Source of the DNA: Candidatus Saccharimonadota bacterium
GTDB taxonomy: Archaea; Micrarchaeota; Micrarchaeia; Micrarchaeales; Micrarchaeaceae
Assembly (NCBI RefSeq): GCF_002214165.1
Contig: NZ_CP019964.1
Span: forward strand, 30,001 to 62,000
DNA length: 32,000 nt
Direction: 5' to 3'
This document shows, in pieces, positions 15,867-23,951 of this stretch; the stretch's first letter is position 1; each line of letters opens with the position of its first letter. Made by a program: the position numbers and the translations under genes. The notes beneath the pieces are model-generated. The model saw nothing but the letters and a program-made list of their open reading frames with translations, had not been told where the DNA came from and did no database searches.

Positions 15867-17087
15867 ATGTCAGATAGATTGTTGGTGCTTGCTGTCGATA
15901 TAGACAATGATTTATTCCAAAAAACTGGGATAAACGGCCCAGTCGTCGGAAGGGAAAAAGTGCTTGATGCAGCAGCAAAGCTAACATTGGCTGACCCATT
16001 GGACAGCGATGGAAACACCCTATTTGAAGCTGTCAAAAAATACGATGAATTAAAGGAGAAAGATTACGAAGTTTATGTAGCCGAGATAACAGGGGCTGTG
16101 ACTGAGAACTTCTTAGCAGACGAAGAGATATCGAGGCAGATAGACCAGTTGATGAATGAACTTAAAGTTGATGCATGCGTCCTTGTCACTGATGGTGCCA
16201 GCGACAACCGTGTATTGCCTATCTTAAAGACAAGGTTAAAAGTAAACAGTGTAGACTACGTAAGAATAAAGCAGGCAGAAGGGTTTGAAAATACGTATTT
16301 TACCATAATGGAGAAGCTAAAGGAGCCCCATTATGCAAGAATAGTATTTGGGATACCCGCAATATTGATACTGCTTTTCTCCATATCATACTATTTCCAT
16401 CTAGGCATTGCATTTCCGTTTGTACTAATAGGGCTTTACCTGATAATAAAAGGTATTGGAGCAGATACGATATTGATAGATTCATTTACAAGTCTTGGGA
16501 TGAGCATAAAGAGGATAAGTTTCATCTTTTATATCGCGTCTATACTTTTTGCGATATCCAGCCTGATAGTTGGGTATAGCAGCTATATATCAAGCATAAC
16601 ATCAGGTAATTCGGTTCCTGTAAGCTATGCATACAGCATAGAGGGGATACTTCTACTTTTCCCGATAAGCATAGTACTTTACATAATAGGCAGGATAATA
16701 GACCTAAACAATCTCCACATGTATTATAGAGTGATAAACCAAGGTGTATATATAGGATATTCGGTCATTACGCTTTCATTAGTCTATGTATTTTCGGCAT
16801 GGATAATAGGGCAGATTTACTTCTCGCAGCTGATAGGGTATGCGATCTTGGCATTCATAATAGGGTATGCAGTTACGGAATTGACTTTCTCATTTAAACG
16901 GCATGTGGTTAAAGGATTAAAGCTTAAGAACAAGGTTGTGATAAATGAGTTGGGAACTTATATAGGAAAGGTATATAATATCAATATAAGGAAAAGCAAG
17001 ATGTCAGTAAAGACCGACTACAATCTGACGCTTACGTTTGACATAGACCGCATAGTCGGGATATCCGACAGAGTAATAATAAGGTAG
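15867..17087 (+). CDS. DUF373-family archaeal membrane protein
   Basis: The N-terminal soluble domain LLVLAVDIDNDLFQKTGINGPVVGREKVLDAAAKLTLADPLDSDGNTLFEAVKKYDEL...VTDGASDNRVLPIL resembles the conserved archaeal DUF373 family (I recall COG2237). It is followed by ~6 TM helices. Confidence 0.65.
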   Translation: MSDRLLVLAVDIDNDLFQKTGINGPVVGREKVLDAAAKLTLADPLDSDGNTLFEAVKKYDELKEKDYEVYVAEITGAVTENFLADEEISRQIDQLMNELKVDACVLVTDGASDNRVLPILKTRLKVNSVDYVRIKQAEGFENTYFTIMEKLKEPHYARIVFGIPAILILLFSISYYFHLGIAFPFVLIGLYLIIKGIGADTILIDSFTSLGMSIKRISFIFYIASILFAISSLIVGYSSYISSITSGNSVPVSYAYSIEGILLLFPISIVLYIIGRIIDLNNLHMYYRVINQGVYIGYSVITLSLVYVFSAWIIGQIYFSQLIGYAILAFIIGYAVTELTFSFKRHVVKGLKLKNKVVINELGTYIGKVYNINIRKSKMSVKTDYNLTLTFDIDRIVGISDRVIIR

Positions 17088-17093
17088 CTACAG

Positions 17094-17492
17094 TTGAGAA
17101 ATATGAATAAGGCTTCTCCTAAAGAAAAAGGTTCAGTCACAAAAGCAGACATAGCAAATGAGATTAATGAGATTTACAGAAGTTACAACAATAAAAATAT
17201 AGTCCTAGAAGAATTGATAGGATTAAGGGTATCTGTTTACAAGAGCGTAGATCAAAAGAGGGCAGGAATCAAAGGACATGTTTTTAAGGAAACCAAAAAC
17301 ATATTGCAGATCAAGTGCAAAGATGGCAGCGTCAAGACAATACCCAAAAAAGGAGCCACATTCAAATTCCATATACTAAAAAATTCATTCAAGGTGAAAG
17401 GAGAAGAGATAGGGTTCAGAAGCTATGAGAGGACCAAAAAGTCCCTTAAATTTTACAGGATACGGAAAAACTTAAGCAAGCAGGTCCACTAA
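17094..17492 (+). CDS. rnp1: RNase P protein component 1 (Rpp29/Pop4/Rnp1)
   Basis: ELIGLRVSVYKSVDQKRAGIKGHVFKETKNILQIKCKDGSVKTIPKKGATFKF is the Rpp29 Sm-like barrel signature. It sits directly upstream of rps17, as in archaeal ribosomal operons. Confidence 0.8.
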   Translation: MRNMNKASPKEKGSVTKADIANEINEIYRSYNNKNIVLEELIGLRVSVYKSVDQKRAGIKGHVFKETKNILQIKCKDGSVKTIPKKGATFKFHILKNSFKVKGEEIGFRSYERTKKSLKFYRIRKNLSKQVH

Positions 17493-17511
17493 CAAAAGGT
17501 ATTTATAATTT
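17493..17511 (+). promoter_or_regulatory. BRE/TATA-like 19-mer CAAAAGGTATTTATAATTT (copy 1)
   Basis: Identical 19-mer at 29120-29138; near copy on the minus strand at 1505-1520. Located in the rnp1-rps17 spacer, 128 nt upstream of the rps17 start. Two further TATA-like boxes follow (17581-17592 TATTTAAATAAT; 17614-17628). Confidence 0.45.
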
Positions 17512-17638
17512 TATTACTAATTTGTAAAAGCTGTATGTAAGATTGCAATTAAAATTACACTTTGCCCTTATTCAGCAAAGTATTTAAATAATCCTACAGA
17601 ATTAATTACAGGTTTTATTTATAATTTTAAACTAAAAA

Positions 17639-17938
17639 GTGATTAACTTGGAATGCAATGACCCTAAATGCCCAATACACGGCAATTTAAAGACTCGCGG
17701 AGCCGAATTTGAAGGTATCGTAGTTAGCACAAAAGCGGCAAAGACTGCTATAATCAAAAGAGAGTACACAATATTCTTGCACAAATATGAAAGGTCTCTT
17801 AGGAAAACTTCAAAGATACATGCCTATAGTCCTGAGTGCATGAATATAAAGACAGGAGACAAAGTTTTGATAGCAGGATGCAGGAAAGTTAGCAAGACAA
17901 AGGCTTTTGTAGTAATGAAGAAGGTCTCTGGTGATTGA
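17639..17938 (+). CDS. rps17: Ribosomal protein uS17
   Basis: CNDPKCPIHGNLKTRGAEFEGIVVSTKAAKTAIIKREY...KTGDKVLIAGCRKVSKTKAFVV. Confidence 0.9.
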   Translation: MINLECNDPKCPIHGNLKTRGAEFEGIVVSTKAAKTAIIKREYTIFLHKYERSLRKTSKIHAYSPECMNIKTGDKVLIAGCRKVSKTKAFVVMKKVSGD

Positions 17939-17939
17939 G

Positions 17940-18338
17940 ATGGCAGGAATAATAGGAAAAGTATCGAAAACATTGATACCTGGAAGCATACTTACGTGTG
18001 CAGACAATAGTGGGGCAAAAACCCTAATGATAATTAACAAGATAGGCAAATCCGGAAGGAGAGGAGGATTGGCCAATTCGGGAATAGGGGATATAGTAAT
18101 GGCAAGTGTCAAGACTGGTACTCCTGCATATAGAAAGAAAAAGGTAAGGGCAATTATAATAAGGCAAAAGCACCCATTGAGGAGGAAGAATGGGATCCAC
18201 GTGAGATTCGAAGACAATGCGGCAATACTTATAACGGAAAGCGATCTTCCTGTTGGAACTGAAGTAAAAGGAGCAATGGCACGTGAAGTGATCGAGAAGA
18301 ACATCAAGCTAGCAGGTATAGCTTCAAGAGTAGTTTAA
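17940..18338 (+). CDS. rpl14: Ribosomal protein uL14
   Basis: LTCADNSGAKTLMIINKIG...GDIVMASVKTGTP...AIIIRQKHPLRRKNGIHVRFEDNAAILI. The ORF opens at GTG 17931, overlapping the rps17 stop; ATG at 17940. Confidence 0.95.
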   Translation: MAGIIGKVSKTLIPGSILTCADNSGAKTLMIINKIGKSGRRGGLANSGIGDIVMASVKTGTPAYRKKKVRAIIIRQKHPLRRKNGIHVRFEDNAAILITESDLPVGTEVKGAMAREVIEKNIKLAGIASRVV

Positions 18339-18887
18339 GTGATATTTATGGGAATGTTAAAAAGCAGTCAGCCAAGAAAGCAGATTAAATTCAGGCACGA
18401 GGCGCCTATGCATCTCAAGCAGCACTTCGTTCACGCAAACCTAAACAAGTCTGCAAGGGAAAAATACAAGCTTAATAAGAGGGCAGTCCAGATATGCAAA
18501 GGAGATACAGTAAAGATAATGACAGGATCACACAAGGGCACGACAGGAAAGGTCACCGTGGTGAATACAAAGAGGCAGTTTATCTATCTAGATTCATTGA
18601 AAAGGAAGAACGCAAAAGGGAAGGAAATGAACATACCTGTAACAGCTAGCAATGTATCTATAATAGAACTAAACCTGAGCGATAAATACAGGGCATCAAA
18701 ACTGAAGCTCAAACAAGTAATTGCACCAAAAGCAGAACCAGTCAAGAAGGAGCTTCCATCAAGCAGCGAAACTGCAAATAATGAAAAGTCAGAATCAAAA
18801 GAGTCCCATTCAACTGAGGTCCAAAACAAAGAACCTGAAAGCGAAGAAAGTGAAAGTTCGGCCATAGCCGATAAAAATGAGGTATAA
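18339..18887 (+). CDS. rpl24: Ribosomal protein uL24 with ~58-aa Ser/Glu/Lys-rich C-terminal extension
   Basis: KOW motif KGDTVKIMTGSHKGTTGKVTVVN, then an extension ...APKAEPVKKELPSSSETANNEKSESKESHSTEVQNKEPESEESESSAIADKNEV. Start is GTG 18339 or ATG 18348. Confidence 0.9.
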   Translation: MIFMGMLKSSQPRKQIKFRHEAPMHLKQHFVHANLNKSAREKYKLNKRAVQICKGDTVKIMTGSHKGTTGKVTVVNTKRQFIYLDSLKRKNAKGKEMNIPVTASNVSIIELNLSDKYRASKLKLKQVIAPKAEPVKKELPSSSETANNEKSESKESHSTEVQNKEPESEESESSAIADKNEV

Positions 18888-18889
18888 TC

Positions 18890-19573
18890 ATGGCAAAAAA
18901 AGGAGGTACCAATCATATAAAGAGCTTGGCAGCACCAGAGTTCTTTAATATCAGCAGAAAAGAAGAGACTTATGTAGCAAGGCCTCTTCCAGGAAGGCAT
19001 AACCTGTACAGTGTAGCCCCATTGGAGGATTCAATAAAGAAGTTGGGTTATTCTGACAATTACAGTGATGCAGCAAAAGTGATAAAATCAGGAAAGATCA
19101 AAGTAAACGGAAAGACGATAAAAGAGAAGAAATTCCCAATAGGGTTAAACGATGTAATATCTATAGGAAAAGCGAACTATCTTGTTTCTATAGACAAGTT
19201 CGGCCATATATCATTCAACGAAACCAAGGCACCAGAGCACTTTATCTACAAAGTAGTTGGGAAGGACAAGTTCAAAGGAAATAAAATAAGGGTTCGCCTT
19301 AACAGCGGGACAGTTATAGATGCAGGAGAAAATGCAGGAAAGATAAATCCTGGGGACTCGGTCAAGATAGACTCCAACAACAAGATAATCGAAGTAATAA
19401 AAATGAAGAAAGGTGCAAAATGCACTGTAGTAAGCGGTGTACACGTAGCAACATCCGGTTCAATAGAGGATATAAAACCAGGTAATATCCATACCGGGAA
19501 GGTTGTAATAATAAAAGACGATAAAGGAGAGATATTTGAAACCCTGGAAAAAAATATAATAACGATGAGCTAA
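18890..19573 (+). CDS. rps4e: Ribosomal protein eS4
   Basis: MAKKGGTNHIKSLAAPEFF...RPLPGRHNL... is the S4e N-terminus. KOW-like region present. Confidence 0.95.
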   Translation: MAKKGGTNHIKSLAAPEFFNISRKEETYVARPLPGRHNLYSVAPLEDSIKKLGYSDNYSDAAKVIKSGKIKVNGKTIKEKKFPIGLNDVISIGKANYLVSIDKFGHISFNETKAPEHFIYKVVGKDKFKGNKIRVRLNSGTVIDAGENAGKINPGDSVKIDSNNKIIEVIKMKKGAKCTVVSGVHVATSGSIEDIKPGNIHTGKVVIIKDDKGEIFETLEKNIITMS

Positions 19574-19574
19574 T

Positions 19575-20093
19575 ATGTCCGATAAAAATTCGATGAAAGA
19601 TATTGAGATAGATAAGGTTGTCATAAATATCGGCAGCGGAAGCGATTCAAAGCTTCAGGATAATGCAAAGAGGCTATTGGAGAAGATAACGCACATGAAA
19701 CCAGCGGACAGCTTATCAAAGAGAAGGAATCCAACATTCAAGATCTCAAAAGGCACAAAGATCGGTGCATTTGTCACATTGAGGGGCAAAAATGCAAGCA
19801 CCCTTCTGCCAAAACTATTCGAAGCAGCAGATAACAAGCTCAAACCAAAAGCAATAACAACAAATACAATAAACTTCGGGATAAGGGAGTATATAGACAT
19901 AAACGGTATCAAGTATGATCCATCAATAGGGATGCTTGGTATGAACGTAAATGTAGCTCTTAAGAGGCCAGGATTTAGGGTAGCTGACAAGAAGATAAAG
20001 AGAGGAAAGATAAGAGAGCACCACAAGAAGATAAGCAATGAAGAGATAACTGAATTTGTCAAGAATAAGTTTAAAGTATCAATCGGCGAATAA
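19575..20093 (+). CDS. rpl5: Ribosomal protein uL5
   Basis: MKDIEIDKVVINIGSG...FGIREYIDINGIKYDPSIGMLGMNVNVALKRPGFRV. Confidence 0.95.
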   Translation: MSDKNSMKDIEIDKVVINIGSGSDSKLQDNAKRLLEKITHMKPADSLSKRRNPTFKISKGTKIGAFVTLRGKNASTLLPKLFEAADNKLKPKAITTNTINFGIREYIDINGIKYDPSIGMLGMNVNVALKRPGFRVADKKIKRGKIREHHKKISNEEITEFVKNKFKVSIGE

Positions 20094-20095
20094 TT

Positions 20096-20254
20096 ATGAA
20101 AGTTAAAGAAGAAGAAAAATACAAAGGCAAAGGAATCCGCAAGTGCAAGATTTGCGGCACTAGCAGAGGGCTTATAAGGTCTCATAACCTCTACATATGC
20201 AGGAGATGCTTCAGGGAGGTTGCAAAAAGTTTAAATTTCAGAAAATATGGTTGA
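20096..20254 (+). CDS. rps14: Ribosomal protein uS14 (Zn-ribbon type)
   Basis: Below the ORF-track cutoff. Hand translation gives MKVKEEEKYKGKGIRKCKICGTSRGLIRSHNLYICRRCFREVAKSLNFRKYG (52 aa), with CxxC...CxxC and the RxxGLIRKYxLxxCRxCFRE pattern. It lies in the expected slot between rpl5 and rps8. Confidence 0.85.
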   Translation: MKVKEEEKYKGKGIRKCKICGTSRGLIRSHNLYICRRCFREVAKSLNFRKYG

Positions 20255-20258
20255 TTAA

Positions 20259-20642
20259 ATGGTAGACAAGGTAGCTGACGCGATTAATACAATCAAGACA
20301 AACGAGAGGATAGGCAGAGTGGAGTGCGATGTGCCTTCAAACAAGCTGATAAAATCCATACTCGAAATACTTAAATCCAATAATTATATAGAGGGTTTTG
20401 AAGAATTTTCTGTAAGGTACAAAAAGTTTTTAAAGATAAAACTTTCCAATAAAATTAACGGGATTGGTGTAATTAAGCCAAGATTCACAGTTTCAAAGAG
20501 CAACATGACAAAATACGAGGAAATGTACATACCAAGCAAGGATTTTGGAATGCTTGTTATCTCCACAACGGAAGGATTGTTGACAAACAAGGAGGCAAGA
20601 GCCAAGAATATAGGTGGATCCTTGATAATGTACATCTACTAA
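20259..20642 (+). CDS. rps8: Ribosomal protein uS8
   Basis: DKVADAINTIKTNERIGRVEC...LVISTTEGLLTNKEARAKNIGGSLIMYIY. Confidence 0.95.
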   Translation: MVDKVADAINTIKTNERIGRVECDVPSNKLIKSILEILKSNNYIEGFEEFSVRYKKFLKIKLSNKINGIGVIKPRFTVSKSNMTKYEEMYIPSKDFGMLVISTTEGLLTNKEARAKNIGGSLIMYIY

Positions 20643-20660
20643 ATTCAAGTTTAAAAGGTT

Positions 20661-21194
20661 TTGATGGTAATTATGTATACGATTGATATCCCAGAAGGAA
20701 TAAAGGTTGAAGAATCTGGAAATACTCTAAAGATAACTGGCAAGCTCGGTTCAAACGAGAGGCAGTTCAATGAAAGCTTGATGAATGTAAAGTTGGAGAA
20801 AAACCAGATAGTAATAGAGAAGACAAATTTCAAAAAGCTGGACAAGAAGGCTTCAATTGCGATTAAGACTTTCATGAGCGAGATCAGGAATGACATCAAA
20901 GGCGTGAATGAGTACTACGAAACGAAGATGGAAGCAGTATTCGCCCACTTCCCTATGACATTGGAGATTAGTGGAAAAAAGCTCATAATCAAGAATATGC
21001 TAGGAGAAAGGACTGCAAGGGAAAGCAGGATCATAGGGGATTCAAAAGTTGAAATCAAAGACAAGACCCTTAAGATATACGGAACTAAATTGGACGACGT
21101 GATGCAGACTGCCGCCAACTTCAGGACAACTACAAAGGTAAAAAATAAAGATGAAAGAGTATTCCAAGATGGAATTTATTTCTCTATAGAGTGA
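20661..21194 (+). CDS. rpl6: Ribosomal protein uL6
   Basis: IDIPEGIKVEESGNTLKITGKLGSNERQF...AHFPMTLEISGKKLIIKNMLGER. Start is ambiguous (TTG 20661, ATG 20664 or 20673). Confidence 0.9.
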   Translation: MMVIMYTIDIPEGIKVEESGNTLKITGKLGSNERQFNESLMNVKLEKNQIVIEKTNFKKLDKKASIAIKTFMSEIRNDIKGVNEYYETKMEAVFAHFPMTLEISGKKLIIKNMLGERTARESRIIGDSKVEIKDKTLKIYGTKLDDVMQTAANFRTTTKVKNKDERVFQDGIYFSIE

Positions 21195-21198
21195 TTTT

Positions 21199-21567
21199 AT
21201 GGCACAATTAAAAAAGAAAGAGCACCCAAAATTCAACGTACCAAACTTCAATTCCAAGAACAGGAAAAGGGTACCTGAGAGATGGAGGAAGCAGAGGGGT
21301 ATAGACAGCAAAAAGAGGGTTAAGAAGAATTTTGCAGGAGCTGAGCCTACGATAGGGTACAAAAATCCGGATTCAATAAGAGGAATCAGGGCATCAGGGA
21401 AGAGGGCAGAGCTTGTCCACAATGAAACTGAATTGAAGGGAATCGTAGATTCAAAGAAAAATGTCGATATAATCTTGGCAAAGCCTATAGGCAGGAAGAA
21501 AAAAATCGCACTTACCAAGATTGCCCAAAAGAGCAATCTTAAAGTTGTAAATGGTGTTTCACAATGA
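21199..21567 (+). CDS. rpl32e: Ribosomal protein eL32
   Basis: WRKQRGIDSKKRVKKNFAGAEPTIGYKNPDSIRGIRASGKRAELVHNETEL. Confidence 0.9.
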   Translation: MAQLKKKEHPKFNVPNFNSKNRKRVPERWRKQRGIDSKKRVKKNFAGAEPTIGYKNPDSIRGIRASGKRAELVHNETELKGIVDSKKNVDIILAKPIGRKKKIALTKIAQKSNLKVVNGVSQ

Positions 21568-22037
21568 GCGTAAAACTTACAAAGCGTGTTGCAAGCTCCT
21601 TGCTCAAAAGGGGTAAAAATTCAATAAGGATAAAGGAAGATGCAATCGAATCCGCAACCAAAGCAATAACAAGGGAGGACGTAAGGGACATGATAAAGAA
21701 GGGCGAGGTTTATGCCAAGCCAAAGAAGAAAGTGCAGAGCCTTTATGGAAAGCTGCTATCAAAGAAGAGGAAAAAAGGCAGGGCCAGAGGTCCTGGAAGA
21801 AAGAGAGGTACTCTAAAAGCAAGGACCGGCGATCTGTACATGAAGAAGGTAAGGGCCCAGCGCAGGATAATAAAGAAGATGAGGGAAGACAAGGTCATAG
21901 ATAATGAAGTTTTCAAAAAGTTCTATGCGCTTGTAAAAGGAGGGTCATTCAATAGCAAGGCATCGCTCCTGAACCACATGAAAGGGGACGGGGTAAATAT
22001 TGACGACGAGATGTACAATAAGCTTAAACACGTGTGA
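21564..22037 (+). CDS. rpl19e: Ribosomal protein eL19
   Basis: LTKRVASSLLKRGKNSIRIKEDAIE...RKKGRARGPGRKRGT. 4-nt overlap with rpl32e. Confidence 0.9.
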   Translation: MSVKLTKRVASSLLKRGKNSIRIKEDAIESATKAITREDVRDMIKKGEVYAKPKKKVQSLYGKLLSKKRKKGRARGPGRKRGTLKARTGDLYMKKVRAQRRIIKKMREDKVIDNEVFKKFYALVKGGSFNSKASLLNHMKGDGVNIDDEMYNKLKHV

Positions 22038-22585
22038 TGATTAATATGATAGCAAGAAGGAGAAGAGATTCAATTACCAATTATCGCAAAAGGCTTGGCT
22101 TGCTCAAAGGAGATAAGACAAGATTAGTTATAAGGAAGACTAACAGGCACGTGATAATTGAATTAGTTGACTATAAAGTCGATGGAGATAAAGTACTTAC
22201 TACGGTCAACTCAAAAGAGCTTGAGAAACTCGGATGGGTGTCTCACAGCAACTTGCCTACTGCATATTTGGCGGGCGTTCTGATGGCTAAGAAGGCCAAG
22301 GAATTGGGGTTCTCAAAAGAAGTGCTTCTTGACATGGGTTTGTACAAGCCGATGAAAAATGGGGTTATATTCGCTGCGGCTGAAGGATGCATAGAAGGCG
22401 GCCTTAAAGTAATAGGCAGCTTCAAAGTGGACAAGGACAGGATTTCCGGAAAGCACATAGCTGATTATGTAAAGGAAGACGCATCTAAGGAAAAATTATT
22501 CTCCAGCTATTCTGAAAAGAAGCTTAATGTTAAAACCCTCCCTGAATCATTCAAGGAGGTAAAGTCTAAAATCAATGGTGCATAA
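22034..22585 (+). CDS. rpl18: Ribosomal protein uL18
   Basis: RRRRDSITNYRKRLGLLKGDKTRLVIRKTNRHVIIELVDY...NLPTAYLAGVLMAKKA. Start is GTG 22034, ATG 22037 or ATG 22046. Confidence 0.9.
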   Translation: MMINMIARRRRDSITNYRKRLGLLKGDKTRLVIRKTNRHVIIELVDYKVDGDKVLTTVNSKELEKLGWVSHSNLPTAYLAGVLMAKKAKELGFSKEVLLDMGLYKPMKNGVIFAAAEGCIEGGLKVIGSFKVDKDRISGKHIADYVKEDASKEKLFSSYSEKKLNVKTLPESFKEVKSKINGA

Positions 22586-22587
22586 TA

Positions 22588-23280
22588 ATGGCGTTCAGAA
22601 GAAGAAACAACAGGGATAATGAATCAGATCTTGTAAACCTAGAAGAATGGGCCCCTAAAACGCAGTTAGGAAAAGATGTAAAAGAGAAGAAAGTCACCTC
22701 AATAGAGCAAATATTCAATGCAGGCAAGAAAATAGAAGAAATAGAAATTGTATACTCCTTGCTCCCAAACATGAAAAGCGAAGTAATCGACATATCAAGC
22801 GTACAGAGGATGACAAAGAACAATAGAAAGCAGAAGTTCAGGGTTACTGTGGTTGTCGGGGACATGAGAGGTCATGTAGGTGTTGGTTCTGCAAAGGATA
22901 TTGAAGTAAAGAAAGCAATAGACAATGCAACCAAGAACGCAAAAATGAACGTTATACCTGTTGTATTAGGATGTGGGTCATGGCAGTGCACCTGCGGTAC
23001 ATCCCACAGCCTTCCATTCAATGCAGTAGGAAAATGCGGCAGCGTTGAGGTTACACTGAAGCCCGCCCCAAGAGGATTGGGTATAGTAGCCAGCGCCCCT
23101 GTAAAGAAGATGCTTGAGTTAGCAGGAGTAAAAGACATATGGAGTTTCTCTCGTGGGAGGACAAGATCAAAGTACAATACTCTTTTAGCGGTCCAGAGGG
23201 CTTTTGAAAGCACAATAAGCATGAAGAACCTTACACCTGAGGAAGTAGCATATAAGCCTCAGGCAGCTGAAAGCGAGTAA
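22588..23280 (+). CDS. rps5: Ribosomal protein uS5
   Basis: ...FRVTVVVGDMRGHVGVGSAKDIEVKKAIDNATKNAKMNVIPV...PAPRGLGIVASAPVKKMLELAGVKDIWSFSRGRTRS. Confidence 0.95.
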   Translation: MAFRRRNNRDNESDLVNLEEWAPKTQLGKDVKEKKVTSIEQIFNAGKKIEEIEIVYSLLPNMKSEVIDISSVQRMTKNNRKQKFRVTVVVGDMRGHVGVGSAKDIEVKKAIDNATKNAKMNVIPVVLGCGSWQCTCGTSHSLPFNAVGKCGSVEVTLKPAPRGLGIVASAPVKKMLELAGVKDIWSFSRGRTRSKYNTLLAVQRAFESTISMKNLTPEEVAYKPQAAESE

Positions 23281-23362
23281 TTACGATATCAAAATACAAA
23301 TTAATTCTTGTATGTTTTATATATGTATGCTAAAAATGTAAATAGCTATTAAAGATGATAAT

Positions 23363-23725
23363 ATGGAAGTTTGGGTAAATAAACCAAAATGCACAGGTTG
23401 CCAGCACTGCAAGGATGTTTGCCCTGTGGGAGTTTTTGAGTTAATGAACAGGAATGACAAGGACAAGATTAATGGAGGAGATCCTGCTCCCGAAAACGAA
23501 AAGTGGGAAGGAAAGAGCGATCCTGCAGTAGTCGAAAAATGGAAAGACGTGGATGATGGCCACAGGCATTTTGCCGATGACAATGATGGCACAAGTGGCG
23601 GCATGTCCGTAGCGGTTAATGGAGAAGCATGCATACTTTGCCAGGCCTGCCTGATCGAATGCGAAGGCGAATGCATAACCATAAAGGACGATACAGGAAC
23701 GGAGTACAAGTCTATATACGCTTGA
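23363..23725 (+). CDS. 2x[4Fe-4S]-type ferredoxin-like protein with long inter-cluster insertion
   Basis: First motif CTGCQHCKDVCP, second motif CILCQACLIECEGEC. They are separated by ~65 aa rich in Asp/Glu/Lys/His (…DKDKINGGDPAPENEKWEGKSDPAVVEKWKDVDDGHRHFADDNDGTSGG…). A T-rich tract follows the stop. Confidence 0.7.
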   Translation: MEVWVNKPKCTGCQHCKDVCPVGVFELMNRNDKDKINGGDPAPENEKWEGKSDPAVVEKWKDVDDGHRHFADDNDGTSGGMSVAVNGEACILCQACLIECEGECITIKDDTGTEYKSIYA

Positions 23726-23951
23726 TATTTCTTCTTTTATTTTTCATTTAATCCACTAATCCTCGATTTTTGCCCTTGTTTTATATACAAGGAAAGATTT
23801 TTAACACAAAGAGTTAAAAAATAAAAAACCTATTTATGCATGAATAACATTCATAAATCTTAGCTGCCAGAGGCAATCAAGTTCCGACAGCAATTTATTC
23901 ATCTGTTTAACAAGATGCCTGCATTATAAACCAGTAGAAAAGAGCGTTAAT

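Noticed and set aside
23726-23951. Ferredoxin-lhr spacer with a short ATGAAT-AAC-ATTCAT inverted repeat; checked for small ORFs and RNAs.
   Set aside because: Only a 6-bp dyad in AT-rich DNA, and the ORFs are a few codons long. There is nothing beyond a probable terminator (T-tracts) and the lhr promoter.
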